Translations under genes and position numbers: made by a program
IMG/VR virus record: IMGVR_UViG_3300010430_000003
Span: 1 to 64,000 of that record
Direction: 5' to 3' (one strand)
DNA: 64,000 bases
Shown: positions 18,777 through 29,898 of the stretch, piece after piece
How positions within the stretch are numbered: the stretch's first letter is position 1
How the letters are laid out: every line of letters starts with the position of its first letter
The notes under the pieces: model-generated
Told to the model about the DNA's origin: nothing
What the model saw: the letters and a program-made list of their open reading frames with translations, nothing else
Databases searched by the model: none

Positions 18777-21702
18777 TACAATTAACAAGCACACTCAAGA
18801 TGCAAAAGCGAAAGGTAAGGACTACTCTTTAATTCCTGAATTCAACATTTCTGAGCATATTGATTACTATATTGAGTCAAATGGCGGAAATTTCCTAGCT
18901 GATAACAATTCCCTATTTACTATCAATGGTGGTCAAATTGCCGATTCTGGTGAGGATCAGTTTGCAAAAGTGTATTCAAATTCAGACTTCCTTAAGGATT
19001 TCGCAAGAGTAAGAAAAGAACATAAAGACGAGGCACTACCAACAAGAATTGATTTGAAAGCCTCTGCGATCATGAAGTTTGTTCCCTATGAGGGCTTCTA
19101 TCCAGTTGAAAGGTGTGTAAAGTTGTCAGAGCTTTTTAGTCAAAGTTATGGAGACAACATTGAATTAACAGGCACAGAAGCAAATTATAGAACAGCCATT
19201 CAACCATTATTTGCTCCCGGTATTCTTTTTAATTCAATCAAGAGTGGTCTCGGTGTTTCAACGTTGTTGATGAGTGGTTCTTCTTTTATGATTGACACTG
19301 AATATGGGGATATTCAACATACAGCAGGTGGGAATAAAACAGCAAGATGGTATTTGAATTCTTTTCCAACCAGCACTGAAGCTATAAAAGATAAAGTTAA
19401 ATTAAAGAGACCATTTGAGACAATCTTGGAACCGGAAAGATATTTAGCTGAAACCTATATTCGTGATAATATTATTCACCCCTCTGGGATTCTTGATAGC
19501 ACTGCCTCATTGGGATCTGGAAAACCACTATATTCAATGGCGGCTCACAATTTTGTTGCCTCTACAATTGACTTTTTTATTAGAAACAAATCTCTATCAT
19601 CAATTGTGTCTGCTGATGATAATGACGCCTCCTTCTTTAATTTTGAATTGAAAAAAGAGTATAGGATGAGATTTTGGCTTCGCGGTTGCGATAATTATGA
19701 TTTGGTTTCTATCATTGATAATGCACAAGCTGACGCAATCTCTGACTTTGTCACTCTTGGTTGGGCAACTGATGAAGGTAACAAGATTCATAGAGCTTCC
19801 ATGGCTATGGCTAAAAATAGTTCAAGGGCCTATTCTCTACCAAATTTTGAGATGTATGAAAGACCATTTTTTGACACTGGTTCATTAGATGATACTTTGC
19901 AAGCAACTGATTATTCAAAAGCAGAATCATATATTCATGGAGGATCAGCTTTTGGACCTCCAATCAACTCCGCAATTATATTGGGCTTTCAGCAGGGTGG
20001 AAATAACGCCGGTTGGGGTCCATTTGGTGATCTAACCTATACAGCTTGGACTCCCCCTTATTATGAAGGTTTCGCGTACGTTGATTTGATTTATAAACCT
20101 GATGATAATGGCACCCTTCACAAAGATGGTGTTGATAGAGGGTCAGTTAGAAAAAGTCTGACAGATATTTTAAATAATGTAACAGCTTCCTATTTTCGAT
20201 ATTCTCAAACACCAGTAGTAGATTATTATAATTATGACTTTAGCAATAAAGTGATTTCGTCTGATGATATCACTGGAAGTGATATGTCAATAGGAAATAC
20301 TGGAACAACTTATGCCACTACTACAACTTCTATTACAATGCAAGTGGCAGATGTCATGAATTTATTCGGAACTATCAAGAACAAGAGTGTAAGTTATGAT
20401 GAAAACGGGAAAATAATATCTGTTGATGATGATACTACGGCAGGAAATAGATGGGTTATAAGTCCTAAATGGGAATTGCCAATTTTTGATTATACAAATT
20501 CTTGTATATCTGATTTACCCACATCGGGTTCACAAAATATTGGCAGAGGTGTGTGGCATAATTATGGAGAGGATCTCCTTCCCGAACAAGGGTTATTTAT
20601 GCAAATGACTGATTTCCCTAAGAAGTTCTTTAAGAAAGAAGATGCTGACACAATACCATCTGTTGTTGTTGAAACTAATACCGACACTACTGGCTCTTTT
20701 GCTGATGCAATCGGATTCACCCCCGAAGCCGTTAAGCTGGGACAGCTTAACGAGGGGTTTACTGTATCGGAAGCGATCGTTGCAATACCCTTTATTGATA
20801 ATGGCAATGATAGGGAGTTCTTTAAGCTAGATCAAGATTTGGTTGATTTAGCCATTCTTGGTGATACGTTCACTCTTAATGGAAGAGAAATTGCTGCAGG
20901 AATGTCAGTGAATAAAACAGTAGAATCAATGAAGAAATATGTTGTGCCACCCAAATTTGATTTTGTGAAATATAATGGAAAGGATGGAAAAAATAAAGTT
21001 GATCCAATTGTAATGTATTTCTTTGAATTTGATTATTCACTCTCAAGAGAAGACTTAAAGCGAATTTGGCATAATATAGAACCACAAGCCAAAATGATGG
21101 AGTCAGAGGTAACCATTGGTCATGAATTATTTGATAATGAATTAATGTCTGAATTTGAAGATAGTGTCCGTTGGATGGTATTTAAAGTTAAACAAAAAGC
21201 GGAATGGAATTATTATAGCAAAACCGCTGATTCATCTGATGACAAAAGATTTAAATTCAAGCTTGGTGTTAACGATGCTGTGGCCGAACCAGATTATTCA
21301 TATAACTGGCCATTTGATTTCATGTCAGTAATTGAGTATGGAAAGTTTGATGTCGCAGTTACTATTGAAACTGAAGAAGAATCATTACGCCGCCGCTCAA
21401 ACTTCATTTCAACAAAGAAATTTAACAAAGAGATAGTTGAACAAATTGATATTAGAGAAAGGCTGAAGAACTCTAGTTTGGGAGCTAAGGCTCTTAGAGG
21501 GAGCGTTGTTTCGAATACTACTTCTAGAAAAATAAAAGGAGGTGATGTCCAAGAAGTTGTTAAAAGAATTAGTAAATTACAAAACAACAATAAAGTTCAA
21601 AACAAGGAAGAAGAACTTAAGCAGGCTCGACAGGAACAACCTGCTGGCAGCGGAGCCGATATCAGGACGATTAAGCTGCCAGGCTCTCTTAAAGATAACT
21701 AA
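18757..21702 (+). CDS. Large putative structural protein (apparent C-terminal part of the giant baseplate protein)
   Basis: About 980-aa ORF; likely start is ATG 18757 after GGAG (ORF track starts at 18742). Confidence 0.55.
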   Translation: MSRPINDTINKHTQDAKAKGKDYSLIPEFNISEHIDYYIESNGGNFLADNNSLFTINGGQIADSGEDQFAKVYSNSDFLKDFARVRKEHKDEALPTRIDLKASAIMKFVPYEGFYPVERCVKLSELFSQSYGDNIELTGTEANYRTAIQPLFAPGILFNSIKSGLGVSTLLMSGSSFMIDTEYGDIQHTAGGNKTARWYLNSFPTSTEAIKDKVKLKRPFETILEPERYLAETYIRDNIIHPSGILDSTASLGSGKPLYSMAAHNFVASTIDFFIRNKSLSSIVSADDNDASFFNFELKKEYRMRFWLRGCDNYDLVSIIDNAQADAISDFVTLGWATDEGNKIHRASMAMAKNSSRAYSLPNFEMYERPFFDTGSLDDTLQATDYSKAESYIHGGSAFGPPINSAIILGFQQGGNNAGWGPFGDLTYTAWTPPYYEGFAYVDLIYKPDDNGTLHKDGVDRGSVRKSLTDILNNVTASYFRYSQTPVVDYYNYDFSNKVISSDDITGSDMSIGNTGTTYATTTTSITMQVADVMNLFGTIKNKSVSYDENGKIISVDDDTTAGNRWVISPKWELPIFDYTNSCISDLPTSGSQNIGRGVWHNYGEDLLPEQGLFMQMTDFPKKFFKKEDADTIPSVVVETNTDTTGSFADAIGFTPEAVKLGQLNEGFTVSEAIVAIPFIDNGNDREFFKLDQDLVDLAILGDTFTLNGREIAAGMSVNKTVESMKKYVVPPKFDFVKYNGKDGKNKVDPIVMYFFEFDYSLSREDLKRIWHNIEPQAKMMESEVTIGHELFDNELMSEFEDSVRWMVFKVKQKAEWNYYSKTADSSDDKRFKFKLGVNDAVAEPDYSYNWPFDFMSVIEYGKFDVAVTIETEEESLRRRSNFISTKKFNKEIVEQIDIRERLKNSSLGAKALRGSVVSNTTSRKIKGGDVQEVVKRISKLQNNNKVQNKEEELKQARQEQPAGSGADIRTIKLPGSLKDN

Positions 21703-21711
21703 AGGAGAAAG

Positions 21712-22341
21712 ATGTTTAAAAAAATAATATTATTATTAATGATAATTGTGATCTCATCATGTGGGCTATGTCAGCAAACACTTGATCTGCCAGATACAAA
21801 AGAGCCAACTGTAGAAATTATTACAGATGAAGATAATGCAGATAGAGGAGTGCTATTATATAAATCTCTTCCTGTTGAAGTAGATAATTTTGTTGAAGAG
21901 CAGAAAGAAGAGGTCTGCGAGTTTGAAGTTGAAAGATATACTTCTGAAACAATAGAGATTAAAAGGAATGCAGTTCAGGGTGTTTATGTTAATTTAAACG
22001 AAGAGTTTAAGGAAAAAATACTTTACTGGGCAAGAACCAAGGCCCGCCAATCGAAATATGTTTTTGTTAAAGACAATCTTCTTTATGTTGCAGCAGGATC
22101 GCCGTTAAATTTTATTGACTGGGCAATTGTAGATATTGATAATCAAGATATTCTATGGGGCGAAGACTTTTTTGAATATGGAAAAAGAATGAATTTTGAT
22201 GGAACCATCAACCTTCGAGAGTATTTCACAGAACAAGAAATTATATTCAATGTGGAAGGAAGAGGTAAATCCCCCGGTCAAAGAACTCATGTTGGTTTTT
22301 ATATTGATTTTCTGTTTTTAAGTAATTGTGAAGAAACTTAA
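21712..22341 (+). CDS. Putative lipoprotein
   Basis: MFKK + hydrophobic core + lipobox ISS-C17; AAGGAG SD. Confidence 0.7.
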   Translation: MFKKIILLLMIIVISSCGLCQQTLDLPDTKEPTVEIITDEDNADRGVLLYKSLPVEVDNFVEEQKEEVCEFEVERYTSETIEIKRNAVQGVYVNLNEEFKEKILYWARTKARQSKYVFVKDNLLYVAAGSPLNFIDWAIVDIDNQDILWGEDFFEYGKRMNFDGTINLREYFTEQEIIFNVEGRGKSPGQRTHVGFYIDFLFLSNCEET

Positions 22342-22377
22342 TAATAAAACTTATTAAAATAAGAAAAGAGGTTTCTT
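22331..22377 (+). promoter_or_regulatory. Candidate SD-occluding hairpin (variant; loop has TATTAA rather than TATTTA)
   Basis: AAGAAACTT (22331-39) pairs with AGGTTTCTT (22369-77), one G-U, overlapping the GAGG SD of the gene at 22381. Confidence 0.35.
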
Positions 22378-22380
22378 TGC

Positions 22381-23358
22381 ATGTCATTTTTAGACAATAA
22401 AGAAGAGGTTGTAGTAATTGAATTAACTCCTCATGGAAAGCGTTTGATGAGGGACGGTAAATTCAAACCAACCTTTTATTCATTTGAGGACGAGGGGATT
22501 ATTTATGATTCTCTCTATGTAGATTTAACGGAAAATCAATCGGATGTTGAAGGTAGAATTTTGGACAATTCTGTTGTCACAGATCCTTTACCTGTAACAT
22601 ATGGCATTGAGACAAAATTTAGTCGCAAATCTAATGCAGCAACGCAGCATGAAAATGATCGGACCTATCTGGCCTCTCTGTACAGTCTGGGGACATCTGA
22701 GCTAAAGAACCAATATGCCCCTGCGTGGGAGGTGGATGTGCTTAGGGGTGAGATTACTGGCTCCTATGCGTACATCACAGGTAGCGGTGCAGATTCAATC
22801 TGGGATGTTCCCATACCGCAGATCACCCTTGCTACGCCAGAAATTAATCTAAATATTATCAATGGTATTACAGAAGTTCTTTTAGAGAAACTTGATTTGG
22901 GTGGATTGATTCAAGGGCTAGACTATGAAGTTCTTGAGGAGGACAACGCAATCATTGAAGTTACAAATGATTATCTCCTTATAGAACTTGATGAAATCAA
23001 TTCCGTATTTAAAAATGAGAATTTTGATGTTGAAGTCTTCCTTGTTGAAAGAGATGAATCAGTTACTGGGTCGAATGAAATATTGAGCCCTTTGTATTTT
23101 GAACCAACAGTAGTGGAAGGGGATATCTGGGTTCCTCCTTCTGAAGATGCTGATAGAGATCTCGTGCCAGAAGATGTTGAGTATTATCTTGAAATTCTAA
23201 TGGATTCAGAGATTGAAGAAGACATTTTATGCAAATATACTCAACCAGAGAAGAGAAAGGGTATTTATGGGAATAGGCTAACTGAGTGCGAAGATCAACT
23301 AATCTCCGACAACACTATTTATGATACAGATAATGACCAAGAAGAGGAAGAGTGCTAA
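22381..23358 (+). CDS. Putative tail/baseplate structural protein, N-terminally paralogous to 29899..30813
   Basis: MSFLDNK...ELTPHGKRLM..G.FKPTFYSFEDEGIIY versus MAFLPNN...VLTDEGRARL..G..FKVVKFSLADDEIDY. Confidence 0.55.
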   Translation: MSFLDNKEEVVVIELTPHGKRLMRDGKFKPTFYSFEDEGIIYDSLYVDLTENQSDVEGRILDNSVVTDPLPVTYGIETKFSRKSNAATQHENDRTYLASLYSLGTSELKNQYAPAWEVDVLRGEITGSYAYITGSGADSIWDVPIPQITLATPEINLNIINGITEVLLEKLDLGGLIQGLDYEVLEEDNAIIEVTNDYLLIELDEINSVFKNENFDVEVFLVERDESVTGSNEILSPLYFEPTVVEGDIWVPPSEDADRDLVPEDVEYYLEILMDSEIEEDILCKYTQPEKRKGIYGNRLTECEDQLISDNTIYDTDNDQEEEEC

Positions 23359-26300
23359 TGTTTCATAAAGAAGATCTTCCACCAATTTTAATTGAAAAAA
23401 TAACTCTTGAGACCGTAAGAAGTGATTCTAGAAAAAGAGTATCTCCTCACATAGAAGATGATGTTGAAGAAGATATTACTAGAAATAGACATGGCCTCCG
23501 ACAAAGAAGACAAAGTAAACAGGGCAGAGACAAGATAATTGAATCTTCTATTATTGAACAACAATTTGCGAATATTGATTCTCAATTTGATTCTCTTAGT
23601 CAATCTCCAACAAGTACTTTAAAAGTAACTTTAGATATGCTCTTGCAAGATGTTGTGCAGGATGATAGTGTTCTTATGTCATTGCTAGACGATGAGATGA
23701 TTAGAAAATATCTTAAAATCTCTGTTGTTCAAATAACAGATAGCAATGTCTTAAAAGAATTTATTGATGGGTTTGATGACTTATCTCCTCAAGATTTGAA
23801 TATTTTGAAAGTGCTGGGGAAGGTTAGTTCAAAGTCTATCTCTCTAGAAGAAAATCAGATTTCTACTAACTCACAGCAAGAAGGATCAATTCCCACACAA
23901 AGTTTAAAAGTGGAGGGAACTACTGTTGAGGATGTCTTTAGTTCGCAACCAACACATAGCGTTTCTTTTAAAGTAGTTTTTGAAAGCAAAGATCCTTTTC
24001 CAAAAGAGTTGTTCTATGTTGTGTATACTCATATAGACATTGAAGCCCTTGCCCAGGATTTTGAATTTGAGATTGGAGATTCTTTTAAAAATATTAGTTC
24101 GAACTTGATTATAGAAACAGCTATTCAAAAGGGTGAAATTACTTCTGAGGGATTTTTATTTATTAGCAAGAATGGAGATATTTGGAATGGTCTTGTAACT
24201 CTTGACGATGAAGGCAAATATTTCAAATATGATACTCTTGAAGAATTAAGTGTTAGAACTGTTCCCCACAACGTGATTCAAGACTTCCGAGAAGTTGATC
24301 AAATTAAAAGAATTAATATTGATTATAATTTTATTGAAAGAGAGCTAACTAAGACAATTTTCTCTGGTCGTGTAAATAAAGAAATAGAAACAAGAAGTAA
24401 AAACAATTTCTTTTCTGAATTGTGTTTGACAATTGATGAGGATAATAACACAAGAGGTTCTCTCTCTTTTGATATAAGAGAATTTCTTGAATCAAAATCC
24501 GCTTATGGTTCTCTGCTTTCTGGCAACAACATAAAAAGATTAGATGAGATTTACAATAGAACTAAAATTAAAGAGCTTTTAATTTATAGAACAAGAATTA
24601 GAAACGATAAAGATATTAACAAGTTGGGAGTTTTAAATTTCACAACTGCTCCTTTTGAAGATGGTAAGGAAGAGTATGAATTAGTTATTTCTACTGGTGA
24701 AACAAATCCCGGCAATCTTATCTCTGCTAATACTGATGCTGGTTTCATCAGAGCGATACGATCATATCATCAGGGTGGTAATGTTGGGAAGCAAATTAAG
24801 ACTTATACTTTCTTAGATAAAACTTTCGAAAAAATTACTTATGGACTTTATAGATATAAAATTGTTGTTAAGGTAGAAGATGGTGCTCTTAAATTTTTGG
24901 AAGATTCTCTGAAGACATTAGAAGACACCAGAGTTACGCTCCAAAGATATCAAGCAGAAGCTTCAAATCCTGAGTATTATTCAATTTCAACTGATCGGTT
25001 TACCCCGAAATTTATTGAGGATCAGAGAAGGAAATACATCACAACTCATAGTTCTAATGATGCTCCTTGGATTAAAACCGTTATTGATTTTATAACCATG
25101 GTGGAATTGTTTGGTGGTAAAGGAACTTCAAGACTTGATCTCTTATACAAATTAGTCGCTCCCGAAACAGGAAATCTTTCTGGTATAAGAACTCTTGACA
25201 CTCTGTATGGTAGAGTGATAGATCAATTAAAAATGTTGGTTGGTGGAACATCCTCTAATAGAACATCAACTTTTCCTAAGAAGAGTGCTGTGAGGAGAAA
25301 GTCAGAGTATACTGGTGTTCTTGAGGGCAGCAGAACGTTTTATGATGTCATTGATGCTGATATTTCAATAGATAGTGGTCTTGATTTTCTTGAGTTCTCA
25401 ACTGTCAAGAATGAGAACAAGACTGGTTTAAAGACTCTTTCTGGAGAGGCTTACCGAGAAAGAGTAGAAGAAGAAACTCAAAAATATTTTCATGATGCAC
25501 AAGGTGTTGTTGATATTATTTCTGATAGAAGAGTATATGCGGAAGCATTATCCCTTGAATCCACTAAATTAACATATTTAACTCCATCGAGAATCGTTAA
25601 CAAGTTTAATGGCAATATTGATTTAACTAAAAAGAACTCTTCGCAATGGGATAAGAATTATATGAACAAAGCCTTTATGTTCTTAAGTGATAAGAGACAA
25701 AAGATTGATGAGAGAGATATTGCTCAAGTCTATGATAAAAAATCACGAGAGAATAACATTGTCTTCTTAAAAGAAGAGAGTGCTGATAAGAAAGGGTTTA
25801 AATATAAGAATTCTCGTGATATGCTTGGAACTTTATTTAAAAATGAGCAATCTAATACTGTCATAGCAAATAACAAGGAAGAGAAAGAAGAAGTGAATGA
25901 TAACAATGGTATTGTTATTTCTGTGTTGCATGATAAAAGTAGCAAGAGATTGTATGGAAACAGAACAAATTATTCTTCTAAACAACAACCCGTTAAATAT
26001 GATGTGAACAGTTCAAGAAATATCCTTGATGTGAGAGATTTCACTATTAAAGAAATAGAGGAACTACCCAATCATATTAAATCAATATTGGGTGGTACTA
26101 GCGGTCATGAGAATGTTAAGGATAATATTTTTGTTAATCCAACAGAGCGCTCTCTTAAAGAAGTTGATACTGAAAATAAATCATCTTTTGATTTTAATTA
26201 TAACTTATTGAAAGTTGTTGAAGTGTTAATTGGTTATAAACGAAATAACGATCATCGAATAAATATTAGAAAACCTTCTTGGAAAAGACTAACAATTAAT

Positions 26301-26705
26301 ATTTATAATGATGCTGTGGGGTTTGAAATGATTTGTCGATTGCGCAATTATAATGGCAAGGGCATTGAAAACAACTATATAAATGACATGTCAATTAAAA
26401 CATATAATGACTATTTCATTATAACTCCCCTGAGAACAATTGCTCCTCCATCAACTGGTGAAGGAACAAATGTACTCGAAGAGATTGAAAGAGAACTTGC
26501 GGAGAATATTCTTATTGCTTCTGGACAGCTTCCCGAAGGGGGAATTCCCGATCAAGTGGAAGGGTTTGAAATACCGTTGATTGTAAGAGAAGAAAATGCA
26601 AAGCGCGATAGAGCGATTCAGAAGAAAATGCAAGAGGTTGATGACGAAGTTAGTGGTATTCCAGCCAAACATGTTAGTACAACAGTTCTAAGAAGGAAGT
26701 TATAA
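23352..26705 (+). CDS. Large hypothetical protein
   Basis: 1117-aa ORF within the structural cluster; no motif recognised. Confidence 0.6.
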   Translation: MLMFHKEDLPPILIEKITLETVRSDSRKRVSPHIEDDVEEDITRNRHGLRQRRQSKQGRDKIIESSIIEQQFANIDSQFDSLSQSPTSTLKVTLDMLLQDVVQDDSVLMSLLDDEMIRKYLKISVVQITDSNVLKEFIDGFDDLSPQDLNILKVLGKVSSKSISLEENQISTNSQQEGSIPTQSLKVEGTTVEDVFSSQPTHSVSFKVVFESKDPFPKELFYVVYTHIDIEALAQDFEFEIGDSFKNISSNLIIETAIQKGEITSEGFLFISKNGDIWNGLVTLDDEGKYFKYDTLEELSVRTVPHNVIQDFREVDQIKRINIDYNFIERELTKTIFSGRVNKEIETRSKNNFFSELCLTIDEDNNTRGSLSFDIREFLESKSAYGSLLSGNNIKRLDEIYNRTKIKELLIYRTRIRNDKDINKLGVLNFTTAPFEDGKEEYELVISTGETNPGNLISANTDAGFIRAIRSYHQGGNVGKQIKTYTFLDKTFEKITYGLYRYKIVVKVEDGALKFLEDSLKTLEDTRVTLQRYQAEASNPEYYSISTDRFTPKFIEDQRRKYITTHSSNDAPWIKTVIDFITMVELFGGKGTSRLDLLYKLVAPETGNLSGIRTLDTLYGRVIDQLKMLVGGTSSNRTSTFPKKSAVRRKSEYTGVLEGSRTFYDVIDADISIDSGLDFLEFSTVKNENKTGLKTLSGEAYRERVEEETQKYFHDAQGVVDIISDRRVYAEALSLESTKLTYLTPSRIVNKFNGNIDLTKKNSSQWDKNYMNKAFMFLSDKRQKIDERDIAQVYDKKSRENNIVFLKEESADKKGFKYKNSRDMLGTLFKNEQSNTVIANNKEEKEEVNDNNGIVISVLHDKSSKRLYGNRTNYSSKQQPVKYDVNSSRNILDVRDFTIKEIEELPNHIKSILGGTSGHENVKDNIFVNPTERSLKEVDTENKSSFDFNYNLLKVVEVLIGYKRNNDHRINIRKPSWKRLTINIYNDAVGFEMICRLRNYNGKGIENNYINDMSIKTYNDYFIITPLRTIAPPSTGEGTNVLEEIERELAENILIASGQLPEGGIPDQVEGFEIPLIVREENAKRDRAIQKKMQEVDDEVSGIPAKHVSTTVLRRKL

Positions 26706-29700
26706 TGCCTGATGAAAAGCAGCCAGGGTACGAAAGACTATCCAAGGCGCAGAAAAAGGAAATCATAAAAGGGGGTAATGAACAAGAAGGAATTGTTGTA
26801 ACTGAAAACAAGGCTGCAAGAATCTTGCCTAGCAGTTTATTAGAGAACAATGCTGATGAAGAACAGCAAGAAGAGCAAGAGCTTCCTTCTATCTTTAAGA
26901 ATATTGATCGCTTTAAGAATCTGACAGATTCAGAAAAAGAAGCTATGGCTAACGCAAGAAATAACCCGCCATCCGTTTCTGAAATTTTAAAAAGATTTTA
27001 TGAAAATTATCCAACCTCACTTAACGGTAAAAGAACTACCATTATTGACAAGGGTAATTTTACTCCCGGTGTAGCAGATATAGTTGCGAATATTTTTGAG
27101 ACAAGTGCAGCAACTAATCCAAATGAAGAGATTAGAGATTTCTTTAGAGACCGTTCTGGAAAATATTGGTATAAGACTTCTAACAATGAACCTGTTTTTT
27201 TGAACAGAGAATTAAACAAAAGTGACAACAATCCATATTTTGATATTTTAGTTAAGGAAGAAGCTACCATTAAAATCTCTACTGGTGATTTTTATCTTGA
27301 GAAGACACCAATGAGATTGGTTCCTGCAACAAACACTTTTGCAGACTCACAAGGAAATCTGGATGTAAACAGGTGGAATGCGTTTCTAAATGGCGGAACA
27401 TATTCTGGATACACCCACACTCCTCTCTTTGAACTTGGAGTTGAATTTGAAGATCATGTCACAAGTCTCCACCGCCCATATACTGTCAAAGAATCAAAGA
27501 TAGTTGATATTGGTATTGGAGTCAACACCATTGAAGTAAACCCTGAGTATCATTTCTTAATTGATAATTTTGAAACAATTTCTGGGTATCAAGGTGTTTT
27601 AGAACACAACATGCCAAACTTATATGCTCTTGCTTCGCAACTGGTTGAGGGTAATGAATATACTAATGGTGACAAAGTTTCATTAAAGCTTAATACGCTA
27701 TTCGGCAAACTTCAAAAAATATTGGCTACGATTACAAATAATGGTCAAACTGAAATTGTTGACTTTGATCAATATTTTGACGCATGGGCTGAAAACGTAT
27801 TGAAGTTAACACAAAGCCAGAGACAGGAACTTCGGAGGAGATTCAAGTATCAAATTTTTACACAAGAAGATTTGGAGCTTATAAGAAAGAAGGATTTTTA
27901 TAAAAGATCATTATTAACGCCTTGGAGTGTTTATATTAATTTTGCTACTGATGTAACAACGGAGATAGCAGAAGTTTTACAGGAAACAAAATATAGCAAG
28001 AAGTTTATTTCTTCAATCGTTAAAAACGAAGTTGCTACAGCAGAATTTGGAGAAGACTTAGGTTTATTTAAAGAGAAAGAGTTTAACGTTTTTAATGAAA
28101 ACATCTTAATCAGTGATACAGGAACTGGTCGCCAAACTGCCAAGAAAATTATAGAACATGATATTTCATTACTTAAAACTTTTGATGTTTATGAGTGGTG
28201 GGATAATCTTGAAGCTGAAGTTAGTTCATTAAAATATGCTGCCGCGAAAGTAGAGCCCTCCGATTTCATTAGACAATCATCAGAAGGTGGTCTCGCACAA
28301 GTAGCTGCTAATCAGGAAAGAGATTTTTCTGAAGCAATTGCTGAAGCAAACGAAGATGAAGATGAAGTTGTTTCTAAAATTAGAGGTGCACAAAAAAGCA
28401 ATCAACTCTCTGGTGGCGGCATTACGAATTTTGAAGATGTACCTACATCCGAGATCAAGGTCTCCGATTATGCCAAAAAGAGTAGTGAATTACCCGGTCG
28501 TAGAAGCAAACCTACAACTGTACTAAATGAACGAGATTTGAAAGATTATGGAGTTGCTTTTAACATTGAGCCGATTCCTTCTGCTACCAATCCTGTTTTA
28601 GAATCTTTGAGAAAGATTATTTTTGCAGGAAAGCTCAACAAGATTGTGCAAAAGTACTTTAGAACACACAGTAGATTCCTTCGAGGCGAGATGTCCTATT
28701 CAGAAACAATACTGTATAAAGTTTCTAAATATCGTGTTGTTGATGGAGAAACAGATAACATTCCAATACAAATAACATATTTACCAAATTCTAATGAAAT
28801 TGATTATCTTGAATTTATTGATACTCAAGTTAAATACAACAAAGATTATGAATATGATATTGTTGCTTATCAAGCAGTAATTGGAACTGCATATGAATAC
28901 CGAAACGTGTTTGGTGAACTAAATCAAGTTCATATTAATAGCGATGGTTCTGCTGATGTTGTTGTGATCTCTAGACCAAGCATTAAGATAATTGAAATGC
29001 CATATCATGTTGACTCGGTTAGAAGGGTAGTAGATAGCCCGCCCATTCCACCTGAAGTTTCATTCATGCCAATTAAAGATGTCAAGGATGAGTTTTACAT
29101 TCAATTGACTGATGGTGTTGGAGAAAGGGTTGAAGATCCGGTCGCAATCCTCCCAGAAGACCAAGATAGAATTGAGCAAATGTTAAAAGCTCAGAGAGAT
29201 GAATTAGAAGACGGAATGGTTGTTTATGATGAAGACGATATTATCAAAACATATCAAATTTTTAGGATAACGAGCAAGCCTGAAGTCATAGAAGATTTCT
29301 CAGAAAACCTCTACGCCGTGCTGCATACTAATATTCTCTTAAACGAATTTAGATATCTATCTAATATAGCGTTCAAAGATAAAGTTCGAGCGAACGTTAA
29401 ATATTATTATATGGTCCGAAGCATAGATTATCACGACAATATGTCTAACCCTTCTTTCATTTATGAAGTTGAAAATGTTCTCAACTCTGGTGCAACTTAT
29501 TTAAAAGTAAATGTTATATATTTGAATGGTGAAAGAGAGAAGAGCAAAACCAAAAAAGTGAGACGCTTTATGAAGATTGCTCCTTCCTCTATACAAAAGG
29601 AAATAAACTTAGACAGATTAGATTTGGAGAATCTAGATAAGGTGAATAAAAATGTCTTATTGGGAGACGAAGAAAACTCTGTTTGGGATCGAGAGATTAA

Positions 29701-29884
29701 GATCAGATTGAGTTCTCGTTCAACTGGTAAGAAAATTGATTTCAATATTGTAATGTCTCATGGCATTAAAGAAAAGAATTTTAAAGGAATTGCAGGAAAG
29801 AATAAGTCAATTCCCGATTCTAGACGCGGAGAGAAAACTGTGCTAGAATATGCTAATTTAATGGAAGAAGATAAAAAGAAGTAG
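26705..29884 (+). CDS. Large hypothetical protein with FnIII-like C-terminal beta domains
   Basis: FIDTQVKYNKDYEYDIVA and FKDKVRANVKYYYMVRSID resemble fibronectin type III strand patterns. Confidence 0.5.
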   Translation: MPDEKQPGYERLSKAQKKEIIKGGNEQEGIVVTENKAARILPSSLLENNADEEQQEEQELPSIFKNIDRFKNLTDSEKEAMANARNNPPSVSEILKRFYENYPTSLNGKRTTIIDKGNFTPGVADIVANIFETSAATNPNEEIRDFFRDRSGKYWYKTSNNEPVFLNRELNKSDNNPYFDILVKEEATIKISTGDFYLEKTPMRLVPATNTFADSQGNLDVNRWNAFLNGGTYSGYTHTPLFELGVEFEDHVTSLHRPYTVKESKIVDIGIGVNTIEVNPEYHFLIDNFETISGYQGVLEHNMPNLYALASQLVEGNEYTNGDKVSLKLNTLFGKLQKILATITNNGQTEIVDFDQYFDAWAENVLKLTQSQRQELRRRFKYQIFTQEDLELIRKKDFYKRSLLTPWSVYINFATDVTTEIAEVLQETKYSKKFISSIVKNEVATAEFGEDLGLFKEKEFNVFNENILISDTGTGRQTAKKIIEHDISLLKTFDVYEWWDNLEAEVSSLKYAAAKVEPSDFIRQSSEGGLAQVAANQERDFSEAIAEANEDEDEVVSKIRGAQKSNQLSGGGITNFEDVPTSEIKVSDYAKKSSELPGRRSKPTTVLNERDLKDYGVAFNIEPIPSATNPVLESLRKIIFAGKLNKIVQKYFRTHSRFLRGEMSYSETILYKVSKYRVVDGETDNIPIQITYLPNSNEIDYLEFIDTQVKYNKDYEYDIVAYQAVIGTAYEYRNVFGELNQVHINSDGSADVVVISRPSIKIIEMPYHVDSVRRVVDSPPIPPEVSFMPIKDVKDEFYIQLTDGVGERVEDPVAILPEDQDRIEQMLKAQRDELEDGMVVYDEDDIIKTYQIFRITSKPEVIEDFSENLYAVLHTNILLNEFRYLSNIAFKDKVRANVKYYYMVRSIDYHDNMSNPSFIYEVENVLNSGATYLKVNVIYLNGEREKSKTKKVRRFMKIAPSSIQKEINLDRLDLENLDKVNKNVLLGDEENSVWDREIKIRLSSRSTGKKIDFNIVMSHGIKEKNFKGIAGKNKSIPDSRRGEKTVLEYANLMEEDKKK

Positions 29885-29898
29885 GAGCATAATTTAAT

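Noticed and set aside
29847-29889. TATGCT/AGCATA pairing around CTAATTTA upstream of 29899
   Set aside because: A 6-bp stem with a long loop and a non-matching motif is too weak to count as another hairpin switch.
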